From Eledone cirrhosa (taxonomy: Eukaryota): a DNA stretch of 64,000 bases. Below the pieces are notes generated by a model. It was not told where the DNA came from. It did not search any database and worked only from the letters and a program-made list of their open reading frames with translations. The stretch spans positions 210,924,001-210,988,000 of the forward strand of contig OZ024740.1 in assembly GCA_964016885.1 (NCBI GenBank). Reading direction: 5' to 3'. The translations under genes were made by a program, and so were the position numbers. How positions within the stretch are numbered: position 1 is the first letter of the stretch; every line of letters begins with the position of its first letter. Below, in pieces: positions 51,927-64,000 of this stretch.

Positions 51927-52200
51927 TAGTGCATTAGTAATACTAATACGTACTAAATTGTATAGTATTACTGTATTAGTAATACTAATACGTACTAAAT
52001 TTTATTGTATTATTGTATTAGTAATATTAATTGTTTCTACTTTGGGCACAAGGCCAGCAATTCACCAGTGTATTACTGCTACTTTATTTTATCGATCCCG
52101 TAAGGATGAAAGGCAAAGTTAACCTCGGCGGGATTTGAACTATTAGTAATACTAATACGTACTAAATTGTATTGTATTACTGTATTAGTAATACTAATAG
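51927..52200. repeat. ~41 bp AT-rich tandem repeat interrupted by a SINE fragment (52029-52140, minus)
   Basis: Unit TATTAGTAATACTAATACGTACTAAATTGTATTGTATTACTG on both sides of the SINE piece. Confidence 0.75.
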
Positions 52201-53001
52201 TAATACCAACTAAACCTTTAAAACCATGATTGTTCTCACCCTCCATTTGGCTTCCCATCGGTATTGGACGTATAACTTTAATGAAACTGGGTAAGTTCTT
52301 ACTTGATGATCCACCAGGCTTGGAACAGACCTTAACTAACGTGAATTAATATTCCTTTGCAGTTTTTATAATTTTATTCCATATATACTCAACTATTTAT
52401 AAACATTGCAAATTGTTCAAATTTTCACTATTAAGAGTCTATCATCTTTTTTTTTTATTAAATATATATTTATATATAAATAACATTACAAATTGCTCAC
52501 AATTGTTTCAGAATAACATTACAAATGTAATGTCGTTGATAAACACAAGTATAAATACATATAACAAATAAAATTAACTATTGCTAGGAACCTCACAAAA
52601 ACAACACCAAAATATATGACCAGAGTGAGAGAAAGGAGAAGAAAAAAGGGGGAGACGAAAATGACCATCAATTCACCACCAAGTGCGACAATCGGCCACA
52701 CATCATATCACAAGGGTCAACGGAAAACTTAAAGGCAAGCCACACTCACAGCATTACCACGGGTGGCGACGAGGCTAAGGTGCAAGTACCTTTATGGGCA
52801 TCACCTGACACCTCAGTAAGGTGAGGTGATGGAGAGGCTAAGACACTGAAACAACCAAGTACCTTCACGGGCATCATCCGACACCTCTGTAAGGCCGAGT
52901 GATGACAAGGCTAAGGCACTGAAACAAGGAGGCAACCTCAGCAGTACTTCTTTTGTCTGTGCAAATGGAACTCAAAATAATCCTCCTATAATAGTTTATA
53001 A

Positions 53002-53915
53002 TCTATATATATAAAACTGAGGATGTCTGTGTGTGTGTGAGTTTGAATCCCTAAAACTCGAGAACCACCCAACCGACTGTTTTCAAACTTTACACATATA
53101 ATACTCATGTTTCAGGGAGTATTCTGAGCAAAAAGAATTTCGAATTTTCAATTCCCTAGTGACCGCATTAGGCGATTTAGCGATCTCTCTCTATAATTCT
53201 TATTCTTTCTCTTTCTAGATAGATACACACATATAACGTCGGGCCCTTATAATATCTGTCTGTATGTCTGAATGTCTCCATTACGTCACTTCCCTGAGGA
53301 TGTCTGTCTGTGTGTGTCTGTGAGTTTGAATCCCTAAAACTCGAGAAGTACCCAACCGACTTTTTCCAAACTTTACATGTGTATTACTTATGTTTCATGG
53401 AGTGTCATGCACATAAAAAAATTAAACTTTTTGATCCCCTAGCATTGGTTGAAAAACTGCGTTTTTTTCAGGTTTGTAGGGTTTTTTTTAGTCGTTACGT
53501 CAGACTGATTTCCTTGAAATTGTAACTATGTATTAATCAGTCTCTTCTTCATAGCGTGAGCAAAGAAAATTCAACTTTTTTATGGTCTAGAGCCCGCATT
53601 GGGTAAAAAACTTCATTTTTTCAGCTTTTTAGGGCTTTTTTGAGGCGTTACGTCTAGCCGATTTTCCTGAAATTTCAAGACATATTATGCACATAAAAAA
53701 AATTCATTTTCTTGATCCCCTAGGGCCTGCATTAGGTAAAAACCTGTATTTTTCCTGCTTCATCGAGGAAAATCTTAAAGATTATCCAACCATCAGAGTA
53801 TTCGGTTTATTTTCTTTACATATTGTCCAGGCATGCAGTTTTTCCACGATTGGGTCTGTTGGCAGCCCGCGTTCCAAAATACCTTATACCGTGCAACGCC
53901 GGGTACCACTGCTAG
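53002..53915 (+). mobile_element. Non-autonomous Helitron
   Basis: 5' A|TCTATATATATAAAA; 3' GC-rich hairpin CCGTGCAACGCCGGG followed by CTAG|T; internal repeat of the 5' block at ~53293-53375. Confidence 0.8.
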
Positions 53916-54740
53916 TATCATATAAGAGTCGAGAAAAGAAACTTGTGTAGAGTCTGTTTCGATGTGTTATAGGTTTTATATTTATCTGGCTCAACACAGA
54001 TGTGAAAGGACACTTGATTTAAAATGGCGATCTTACATATTTCTCGTGTTTAGACTAAAAACTGAGCTGCGTTTGAGAAGATAATCAAGCTGCTTAATTC
54101 GCATATTTTAATTAAGAGTTGCTTCCCTTGTTTTATAATGTTCTCAACTCTAAGAAATATTAGTTATTTCCCCTTAATCTGCCGTGGCTTACTAGCTCTA
54201 TACGGACGTTTAAATTGATTAAATAAAAATATCTTGAAACAAGAATAAACAGCCAAGCTTGATTCTTTGCTCAGGTTCTGTCCAAAGAGAGAAAGAGTGA
54301 AGATTGTTTTGAGTTCCATTTACAGAGTCAATGTACTGCTGAGCTGGCTACTGATTCATAGCTCTCGCTAGATTCTACTGAAGAAAGGAAGAGCAAAGAC
54401 AGCCTCGAGTTATCGCTATTTCATTGTTTATTAATTTGGTGTGAAGACAGAAGCGAGCAGAAAGTACCCCATGTGGACCAGAGAGACGCAAGGTAAGTCC
54501 GAATGCCTCCGGCTACATTAGGTTTAAAAGAAATTACTCATAATTTACTCTAGCTCCACCATTTTCCCATGATCCTTTTATCATTCATTTCTTCCATACT
54601 GGCTTACGTTGTATCGTCATCATCACCATCACCATCACCATCATCACCATCACCACCATCATCACCATCTAACATCTATTTTCCATGCTTGAATGGTTTA
54701 GATGGGCTGACATGTTATGTGGCTAGACAGGTCAGGTGAC

Positions 54741-55032
54741 CAGGGCCGGATCTAATGAGAGGCAAGGGGGACAATTGCTTCGGGCTCCCTGTAATGAGGG
54801 GGGGGGCGGTCACCAGCGACAGCCATAGCAATTTATTTGTGCCCTCAGCTGGATTTTTTAGTTGGTTAGAATTTTTGAATTTAACACTTTCAATTCTAAT
54901 TACTTGTGTCAAGCTAAGTTTGATATGTAAAATTGGGGTGTGTTGCTGTGTATTCTAATGTTTTATGTATGAGCCACCCACCTGAAGTATCTGCAAAGTA
55001 TCCTGGGTCCCCCAAGGTCTAAATCCAACTCT
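54741..55032 (+). mobile_element. hAT-like MITE, copy 1
   Basis: Imperfect TIRs CAGGGCCGGATCTA / TAAATCCAACTCTG; similar to 55215-55512. Confidence 0.65.
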
Positions 55033-55214
55033 GCAACAAGGACAAAATCTTGCTCATACGTTTTGTTTGTTTACTTGGTTTTCTATGACTGGGTGTCCTT
55101 CCTCATGCCAACCACTTGTCTCACAACTAAGAGAGCTTTTGTGGTACCTTTACCAGATAGAAAACCAAACGGCAACCAGTCTAGATTGACGCAATCCTTA
55201 ATCAGTTGTGCTAT

Positions 55215-55512
55215 AAGGGCCGGATTTAAGGGGGGGGGGGGCAATACTCCGGCCCCACCAGTGACGGCCAAAGCAATTTATTTGTGCCCTCAGCTGGGCT
55301 TTTTAGTTTTAGAAGGGTTAGAATTTTTTAATTTAATAATACCTGTATGTATAACTTTTCAATTCCAATTACTTGTACCAAGCTAACTATGATATGTAGA
55401 ATTTGGGGGGTGGGGTGGGGTGGGGGGTTGCTGTGTATTCTAATTTTTTTTAGTATGAGGTCCCCCCAAACCTGAAGAGCCCCAGGCCCTCCAAGGTCTA
55501 AATCCAACCCTG
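55215..55512 (+). mobile_element. hAT-like MITE, copy 2
   Basis: TIRs AAGGGCCGGATTTA / TAAATCCAACCCTG with a near-perfect 8-bp TSD (TGTGCTAT 55207-55214, TGTGTTAT 55513-55520). Confidence 0.72.
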
Positions 55513-55800
55513 TGTGTTATAACTCTTTCAGTAACTTTCATGACCTGGTTTATATTGACACATCACTGCCAACTCTATTCTTTGTTGTTTTATATCAGTA
55601 GGACCCTTTATCATCTTTGCCCACTTATTCCTAGGAGGATCATGGGATGGGGCAGGGGAGACTCTTCAAACACTTCATTCTAGCAGGTCCTGTCAGAAGC
55701 AAATGTCTCCAGTTGATCTGGATGGATCCCCAAGTGAGATCCAACATTCTAAAAAGTACTCTTGCTATCTCAAATTTTGTATCTCTGTTTTCAACAAGTT

Positions 55801-55900
55801 CCCAGTTAACAACATACCTGGCAACCACCATAATATTCCCAGTTAACAACATACCTGACAACCACCACATTCCCAGTTAACAACATACCTGACAACCACC
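55801..55900. repeat. Three copies of a ~35 bp tandem repeat
   Basis: CCCAGTTAACAACATACCTG(A/G)CAACCACCA. Confidence 0.85.
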
Positions 55901-55987
55901 AAACATCATATACAATGTTCCCTGTAGTTATTTTGCCAACCACTGAGTGGAACATTTGAAGTTTTGAGTAAGAAAATCTCATTATTA

Positions 55988-56372
55988 GGTGGATTGGCAG
56001 TATTGGAAGAGGGTCGGACGCCATGCTTTCTAGCATAGTTACGTCCCTTTAATGTGTTCAAATCCCGCCGAGGTTGACTTTGCCTTTCATCCTTACATGG
56101 TCAATAAAATAAAGTACCAGTAATGCACTGGGTAATTGCTGGCCTTGTGCCTAAAGTAGAAACAATTATTAATATTAAACAGGGCGGGGGATTGGCAGTA
56201 TTGGTAGAAGGACGGATGCCATGCTTTGCAGCATAGAGTTATGCCCCTTTATGGTTTGAGTTCAAATATTGCCGCGGTTAACTTTGCCTTTCGTCCTTAC
56301 GGGGTCAATAAAATAGAGTACCAGTAATGAACTGGGATAATTGATGGCCTTGTTCCGAAAGTAGAAACAATT
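55988..56372 (+). mobile_element. Two tandem SINE copies (55988-56167, 56182-56372)
   Basis: Match to the 22852-23040 unit; both are followed by ATTATTAATATTAAACA. Confidence 0.87.
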
Positions 56373-56619
56373 ATTAATATTAAACACACCTGTTTGAAAA
56401 ATGTCCTCATTCCATCAAATTTCTTTAAAATGATTGACTTGGTTTCTTCAAGAGAAATTGTTTCTCTAGGATATTCTATATCTGTTATGGTTAACACATT
56501 TCCAGTTATATATCACAAGTTTTGCCAAAACCCTGAGCTATTAAAATGGGTTATTTTAGGCATTTTCACCCTTCTTCATCTTCATGTTAAAATATAGAGA
56601 TGGTATTCTTTGGCTGACT

Positions 56620-56703
56620 TGTGATAATCCCAATTTTCAAAAAGGGGGACAAGAGAGTTTGTTCTAATTACAGAGGGGTCTCCTTGTTAAGCCTCCCCGG
56701 TAA
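56620..56703 (+). mobile_element. Small LINE RT fragment (RTE-like)
   Basis: Translates VIIPIFKKGDKRVCSNYRGVSLLSLPG. Confidence 0.65.
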
Positions 56704-56984
56704 TTCTATGCTAAGTGGGCCTTTTCCTCCAATTCTGAAAATGCCAAATATCTTGAGAATTATTCACACTCTTTTATATATACAGATGGTAGCATTCTGA
56801 GGTTGATTTGGCTGCCATTTCTAGCAAGTTGAGATTCCCTGGCCAGCTCCTCCTACACATGTTATGAGAACTAAGTTGTTGTTTTTGTTTGTTGTAGGGT
56901 GTATTTAAGGGAGATTTGATTGCTATTTCTAGCAAGTTGAATGACTAGGTAGACGTTCTCTCTTATTTGCTTTACTTGTGGAAT

Positions 56985-57460
56985 CTGCCTTCAAAAAGTG
57001 TATGGAAAAAGGGCAGTTGGAAAAAACGGTTTTCAACATATGCTCCATGTAGGTCAATACACTTCAGCTTTTAAGTCCGTCTGTGTAAATCTGAGGGCCA
57101 TGCGATTTAAACCATGTCAAAGCAGCTGTTTTTACATCTTCAACCTCATCTCTTCCACTTCTAAAACGACTTATCCATTTGTAGATTGTTGATTTCTTTG
57201 GGGCATTGTCCCCATAAACTTGCTCCAGAACATCAATGATTTGGCTGCTCTTCCACGAATTTGATGTTTTGATGAAGGCCATGTGGCTCAAGTGGGTGCT
57301 GATTTCCAACTGGCAGCACCGAGTTGCAACATACATTTAAAGGTTCAAGTTAGAACGTGTTATGACACGTTAGTATGAGAACGTACAGGTGCATTGAGAT
57401 CAAAATCCCTGCATATGATTTTTAGCTATGTACTTTTTCCACAAACCTTTTGAAGCCCCT
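56985..57460 (-). mobile_element. Internally deleted mariner element
   Basis: IIDVLEQVYGDNAPKKSTIYKWISRFRSGRDEVED (mariner HTH) fused to C-terminal DVKTAALTWF; imperfect TIRs CTTCAAAAAGTGTATGGAAAA / TTTTCCACAAACCTTTTGAAG. Confidence 0.8.
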
Positions 57461-58489
57461 TTGTAAAGCTTCCTGTTGTTTTGGTGGTGTTAACAGTGTA
57501 GTTATTGATGTTAGTGACGCTAATAATGTTAGCAGTGGTGGTGTGAGTGGTTGTTGGCAATGGTAAACGATAGCTACAACTTCCTGTGTGTGTATGTATA
57601 TATATATATATATATATATGGTGGGTTGTGTAGACGATGCCATCTCCAGAAAGGCCTACATGCTACTGTGAACACACCAACTTAACCCGTTAGCATTTAC
57701 ATTACTCTATATATACTACTATATTTTCACAGTAAAGGCTTTATCTCACATAATATCGAATCTATGAGATTTTGATATTATTTATTTTGAGAACAATACC
57801 TTAACGTCAGTATGAGCAGCTAGTTACAACCGGTTTGAATAGAAAGAGGTGAGAGAATTCTGGCCGGATACGGCTGGTTTAAATGCTAAAGGGTTAAGGT
57901 ACACAAGACAACACAAGGCTACAATCCAACAAACATGTTGCTTGAGATACACCAACACATTATATGTATATATTTATACATACATGGTCCCATAACTCCT
58001 GAGGGAGTCATAAGGGTGCTGTATTGACATACAGCATTTATAGGGCATTTCAAAGCCTGGTTTAACCCATCTCATCTGGTCTGAACACAGCAGATTTCTT
58101 CTAGAGAAGGATAGGAAGAAAGAGAATGGATGTGAGAAAGATATAGAGGAAGAATAGACCCCAATATTTGACTGGTACTTTTTTTATTGACCATAAATGG
58201 ATGAAAGAGTAAGTTGACCTTAGATCATCATCGTTTAATGTCCATCTTCCATGCTAGAATGGATTAGGCAGGTTTGTCCCATCTAGAGGCAAGTTGGGTC
58301 AGGTAACCGTGTCTCGCTCGTATAGGACTGTTTCTGGCTTTCTACAGTTGGATACCTTTCCTAGTGCCAACCACATTGACAGTGTGTGCTGGGTGCTTTT
58401 TGTCGTGATACCTACACAACCACTTTACAGTGTGGATTGGATGTTTTTGGTACCAACATAATATATATTTATATACATATAAATGAGAT

Positions 58490-58841
58490 CATCATCATCA
58501 TTTTACGTCCGCTTTTCCCTGCTTGCAAGGGTGGGACGGGTCCTATTCAGCACAGCATCTCTCCACTTGTCACGGTCCTTCGTCATCTCCACCGTGAGCT
58601 TGTGATCTGAGGTCTGCTCTCACCACCTCCACCCATGTTTTTCGTGGTCTACCTCTACTACGTCTTCCTTCAACTGGCATTTCCTGGCACTTCTTCATCC
58701 ATCAGTCACCCTCCATGTGCATCACATGAGATATATGTATATGCACACAAATATATATATATATATCATATATATACACATATATATATCATCGTCCCAC
58801 CCTTGCAAGCAGGGAAAAGCGGACGTAAAATGATGATGATG
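58490..58841 (-). mobile_element. RTE LINE 3' fragment with an inverted copy of its last ~49 bp (58490-58538 vs 58793-58841)
   Basis: Minus strand resembles RTE C-terminus (CQEMPVEGRRSRGRPRKTW) with (GAT)n tail; the terminal segment is repeated in reverse orientation. Confidence 0.7.
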
Positions 58842-59539
58842 ATGATCATCATCATTATCCTCATCGTTTAATATCCATCTTACACACAAAGCATTAAGTG
58901 TTCTAAACGTTTTTTTCTCTATCTAGTTACAACAGCGGTGTGCTATTACACAGATTTATTTCTTCGCTCTTTCTAATCTTTATCATTTGAAGGGTAGCAG
59001 GAAGAATAGTGTTTCATGTAAAATTTTTCTCTAGAGAATGCTCACTTTCCACAAATCCTCTGCACAGCCTATGTCTTGTTGCAATGCAATATTGCACTTT
59101 GTACACAAACATCATACAATTTGCCTTTCATTCTAAGAAAGTAGGTCTCTATTCCCAGCAAATGTAATAGCTACCTGAACTTATTCCAACTATTTGTTAT
59201 CTAACTATTATGCTTTCAGAACACCTACCTTCTTTGTAAATTAGATCACCAAGATAAAAAAGCTATCAAGCACTTCTATAGTCATGTGAGCATTTGAGAG
59301 AGTCTATTTCTCATATAGAGGCAATGAATTGGCAGAGATGTTAGAACGTTGGATAGAATGTTTTACAGTATTTGTTCTTGCTCTCTGAATTCAAATCCTG
59401 CTGAGGTCAACTTTGCCTTTCATTCTTTCGGGGTCAATTCTTTCTCTATATCCCCTTCTCACTATCACCATATTATCTTCTCTGCTTCTCTGGAAGAAAT
59501 CTGCTTTATTCAGACCTGGAGAGGAGACGAGTTCTGCCA

Positions 59540-60150
59540 GGCTTAAAATACCCTAAAAACACTGTATGTCACCATGGAACCTCTATGACTACATCAGAAC
59601 TTATGGGATCATGCAGGGATTTCTCACATGTTGTTTGTGATTACTGTTCTGCCACATATGAAATCTTAACTGTGGTCCCACTACATATTTCATGCATCTA
59701 TAAATTGCAGTGAGTGTCCAGTATAGAATTCCTCCATACTCCTTTTCTGTGTATTGAACACGACCATTTTCCTTATTTTGTGTTCTACTTAATAGAACAT
59801 TAGTCTTTGATAAGTTTACTTTTAGACCTTTCAATTCCAGGTTTTTCTAATCTAGCTCTACTTCAGAATCAGCTACAAGAACTAGATCCCATTGGCAGTC
59901 AGTCTTAAAATCTTCTGTTATGGCATGGATGATTATGAAGAACAGACGAGGATTAAGGACTTAGCCCTGGTGAACTTGCAGGTTAAATTTATTTTTGTAC
60001 TCAATGTTAACCCTAGCCTTACAGACTGCATCCTTGTATACCACTAGCACAGAGACTTACTACTAGCTAAGTATTTTTCCTACAGTTGTCTCACTAAGGG
60101 TTGTTTCCTCAATGTTAGCCCTAGCCTTTCACACTGCATCCTTGTATACT
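59540..60150 (-). mobile_element. Highly degenerate RTE-like RT fragment
   Basis: GLKVNLSKT; VHQG*VLNPRLFFII-like RT motif remnants. Confidence 0.55.
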
Positions 60151-61092
60151 GCTGGCTACGTATTTTTGTCTCACTAGGGGTTCTTTCATTTCTCCTCATA
60201 CCAAACATCGTTTCATCTAGATTATGTTCTTAATCAGTTAAGTAATAACTCTTCTAGTAACTTTCAAGATCTGGTATATCAACTTGATACCGCCAGTGTG
60301 TCTTCTTTGGCTTTGTAGCTGTTGACAATACTGTTATGTAAGTCAGTACATATGGCACCATCGTGTACTACTTAATTAACTATGCATATTACCTACTATG
60401 CCAGATATTTTCAACATTTCAGTTCCTATACATGATGGTACAGCTACTTTTGTATCTTTGTTTTGCTACCATACAGCTGTCAATTCAAATGACTGGTTTC
60501 TCCATTGGGTTAACTGAAGGTAGATCTACCCATCTCTCCCATGCATTCTCCTCATTTAACAATCCTTCATAATAGCACTTTCATGCTTCTTTTTTTTTTA
60601 GCAACAGTGAGGGCAACTATGCCACTAATTGGAAGCATATTTATATAACTTTTCAAGTGAAAAACACATTTTACTCCCCAAAGTTCTGAATGAAGATACC
60701 TATGCCATCATCATCATCATCATTTAATGTCCGTTTTCATTGCTATTTAGTTCTATCTGATGAACTATACCCATGTATAAACTAATTTCAGATATAAAAG
60801 TCAATATAACAACTAAAGAGACTTCAGTCACGTGTCTATATAAATTATTAGTATTATTATTGTTTCTACATAGAATTTTCCATGCTGTCTTGTGTTTGAC
60901 AGGATGTTTTGACGCAGTGTTTTAGAACTGCTGAATGCCCTTCCTCACACCAGCCCTTTAAATCCTTTCTCTTGACATGCAGGGATACAGCACACCTATT
61001 CTAAACCAGATAGACGCATATATCAATATTTAAATGATTACAATGGAAAAGAAAAGAACACAGCAAATCAGTTTTGAGATTATTTTACAGAT

Positions 61093-61098
61093 TTTAAT
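61093..61098 (-). promoter_or_regulatory. Candidate polyadenylation signal (ATTAAA) for the R3HDM-like gene
   Basis: Minus-strand ATTAAA at the end of ~1.6 kb of TE-free UTR-like sequence downstream of the stop codon. Confidence 0.35.
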
Positions 61099-62118
61099 GA
61101 CAACATTTCAACACAATGAATGTGTGTAAGGCTTTTAGGGGAGGGTTCTTCTGCCTTCTAAACCTAAATAGAGAGACTGATGGGTAATTAGGGAGGATTG
61201 TGAGTGCTAAGGATGGGGTTTGGAAAACAACATCTGCAGAAAGTCAGTAAAAAGTCTCTCTCTTAACAATTGTGATTTGAAATTAGGGAATGGGATAGAT
61301 TGATCATATATATATATGACCAGGTTGTTGACCAGCAGAGCATCACTAGTGGTTATGTTCCCAGCAGTTATATTGAGTTGAGTTTTACCAACTAGTTGTA
61401 CATCTTTTTTTTTTTGTTGTTGCACATACAATACACATATTCACACACAAACACACACACTCAATGAGATTCAAACTTAATAGTGGGTGGGTAGTGGTTG
61501 GTTAAACAATGTGTGTATCATTGTGTGCAGTTGATAGTGTGTACATAGGTATACTTATGAATGTATAAATAGTATACCATATATTGGAAAGAGATAAACA
61601 GAAAGATCAGGTGAGTGAATGTCAGTGTTTTAACATATTAGACTCTAAATTTTAACAACTAGGAACAAAAGGTATATTTCTATCTCATTTCATCCCCCAT
61701 ATCCCTGTATCTTGCAATATTTCTTTGCTTCTCAAATCACTGAAACCAATTTAACAATCTATATGCCTTGTACTGCCAGCAGAAAATGACTCAAGAATTG
61801 ATAGATGATTGGGAGGGAAGTGGGGAGGTAGATGGGAGGCCATTAGAAAAGACGATTTAAAATAAAGGAGAATGAAATACATAAAACAACAACAACAACA
61901 AAAACAATAACAAATAAATGGATGGATTAAAGAGATGCTTCTAACAATATTTTCTTATCAATGTAGATAATAGTATTGGGAGAGAGGTAGATAGAGAGGT
62001 GAAAGAGAGAGAGAGAGGTGAGAGAGAGAGGTGAGAAGTGAGAGAGAGAGAGAGGTGAGAGAGAGAGGTGAGAAGTGAGAGAGAGGTGAGAGAGAGAGAT
62101 AGGTGAGAGAGAGAGATA

Positions 62119-62152
<34 letters not shown>

Positions 62153-62672
62153 GAGAGAGAGAGAATAAGAGACTCATAGTAAGACCAGACAAAAGAATGA
62201 GAAATAACATAAGAGGTGATTAAGAATTAGCAGTATCCAACAATAGCTGGCAGTGTCGAGTGGAGCTATGTTAGCCATTACACTGACACTGGAAGCAGTA
62301 TACTTTCTACGAGGTTCAGGAAATTGATATGTACAGAAAGTACACAGACAATATCACAACTGAGAATTAAGGTGTCACCAATTTACTGGAAATGGTGAAA
62401 ATACTTTCTTTTTTTTTTCTGTCTTATCTTTTGCCTGCATTTTAAATTAACTAAAATGTTGAAAACAAGATTTTTTAAAAATAGTGTATAGGGATAAAGG
62501 GTAGAAATGATTTTCTAGACAGAGTGTAATTGATTTGGTCTTGAGTGAATGATTTCAGTAAGTCTGTGCATGAACTATGAAAAAAAAAATTTAAAAAAAA
62601 AACATCCAAAATTTTCTCTCTCCTTAAATAAAATATTAAGATATCCTATAAAAATAAACGTGGTATTCTTTC

Positions 62673-62980
62673 TTATCGTTCAGATTTTTGACCAATAGAG
62701 TCTCTGGACACAGTTGACCTTAGTTTATATCTTCCACTTGGGATGCTCTGAAGTACTCGAGTTGCACACAGTGCATTAGGGAATATTGCCAAGATAGTTT
62801 TACAATCAGAAACTTGCAGGTTGCTTGTGTCGGAATTAGAAAGCTGACTGCTATCATGTGGGACATAATGTAGGGTGACTCCCTGACAAGTCAAATCTTT
62901 TAACAGTTTTTCAACTTCTCCTTGACGAAGCTTTGGACAGAGATCATAAACTTCCAAAACATTACTTCCTGCAACATTCC
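62673..62980 (-). CDS. R3HDM: Last coding exon of an R3H-domain protein of the R3HDM1/R3HDM2/ARPP21/encore family (C-terminal RRM-like domain)
   Basis: Acceptor ttttttctcttcAG at 62981; NVLEVYDLCPKLRQGEVEKLLKDLTCQGVTLHYV...KTILAIFPNALCATRVLQSIPSGRYKLR resembles, from memory, the R3HDM C-terminus (VLEVTDLP...EA.KLF..L...GAKI.W...TI.A.FPS..AA......FKLR). Confidence 0.75.
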
Positions 62981-63149
62981 CTGAAGAGAAAAAATAAATT
63001 CATAAAAAATTTGAATAAATGGAAATGTTTCATTTATGGCAAACATTTTAAATATTAACTTAGTAACATGATAACGAAACAGAATTTAAAAAAATAAAGA
63101 GTATCTGATAGTATTGCAGTATTTATATTAGTCAGACTATAGAAAACAT

Positions 63150-63546
63150 GGGCTGTGACTGCAGAGGACATGTGTAGATTGGAGAGAAGCAACCATGTTT
63201 TGTTGGATACGTAATATAAATGTGAGAGAAAGGTAGAACTTGGATGAGCTGAGGGAGAAGCTGGGTTTAAGAGGAATCCGAGAGGGTGTGCAGGAGAAAA
63301 GACTGCATAGGTATGGACATGTGATGTGTATGAATAATGATGGCTGGGTGAAGAAATGCCAGGAAATCCCAGTGGAAGGAAGTTGCAGTAGAGGTAGACT
63401 AAGAAAAAACTGGGCAGAGGTTATGAGAGCAGACCTAAAATCACTAAGACTGGCAGAGGAGATGATGAAGAAACGTGACAAGTGAAGAGATGCAGTGCTG
63501 AGGACCCATGCAAGCATGGAAATGTGAACGTAAAAACGATGATGAT
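63150..63546 (+). mobile_element. RTE-clade LINE 3' fragment (intronic)
   Basis: ELREKLGLRGIREGVQEKRLHRYGHVMCM...VEGSCSRGRLRKNW; (GAT)n tail. Confidence 0.85.
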
Positions 63547-63659
63547 ATACATTGTTCAGGAAATTGAGGAATATGGCAGAATATTCACTTAGATATGTTT
63601 TTGAAAAACTATGAAAAAAATTAAGAGAAAGGTTATAATTTTTAATAAGAACTATTTAA

Positions 63660-64000
63660 TATCATCATCATCAGGTTTAGCGTCCGTGTTCCACACTTGC
63701 ATGGGTTTGGACGGGGGTTTTCCCACTTGAGGCAAGAGTGGTTGTCTTGCTCGCATAGGACTGTCTGGCGGGTTTTCTACAGTTGGATGCCCTTCCTAAC
63801 ACCAACCACATTTACAGTGTGGGGCTGGGAGGTTTTTACCGTGTTGCCTACACGGCCACATTACAGCGTGGACTGTCTGGCGGGTTTTCTACAGCTGGAT
63901 GCCCTTCCTAACACCAACCACATTTACAGTGTGGGGCTGGGAGGTTTTTACCGTGTTGCCTACACAGCCACATTACAGCGTGGACTGTCTGGCGGGTTTT
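63660..64000 (-). mobile_element. RTE-related SINE-like element with an internal ~111 bp tandem duplication, cut by the window edge
   Basis: (CAT)n end, GGATGCCCTTCCTAAC motif repeated; related copy at ~58225-58450. Confidence 0.6.

Noticed and set aside
61980-62165. Leu/Ser-rich ORF 61941-62210
   Set aside because: (GA)n-type repeat within the presumed 3' UTR

Overview
Eukaryotic, AT-rich, microsatellite-dense DNA. The SINE/LINE content suggests a mollusc, probably an octopus (inference). Only two host-gene pieces are visible: the last exon and 3' UTR of an R3HDM1/2-ARPP21-encore-like gene (minus strand, ~62.7-63.0 kb) and an Arg-rich orphan terminal exon (plus strand, 9.06-9.51 kb). The main feature is a ~21.4 kb head-to-tail array (26719-48138, all minus strand) of six Tx1-type (L1 group) non-LTR retrotransposons: three full-length and three 5'-truncated, from about four subfamilies. 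They lack poly(A) tails, and every junction plus both outer flanks is (GATA)n/(TATC)n, pointing to a GATA-microsatellite-specific family that keeps inserting into the same tract. A sister Tx1 family with a nearly identical 3' terminus occurs only in (ATT)n tracts. Dong/R4-like, other RLE-type and RTE-derived elements also sit in their own microsatellites (TAA, CATA). The window also holds several hammerhead-ribozyme motifs of the Penelope-like type, many tRNA-derived SINEs, a Helitron, hAT-like MITEs, a mariner relic and a 2.7 kb CA-derived minisatellite. All alignments and folds were done by eye and boundaries are approximate.
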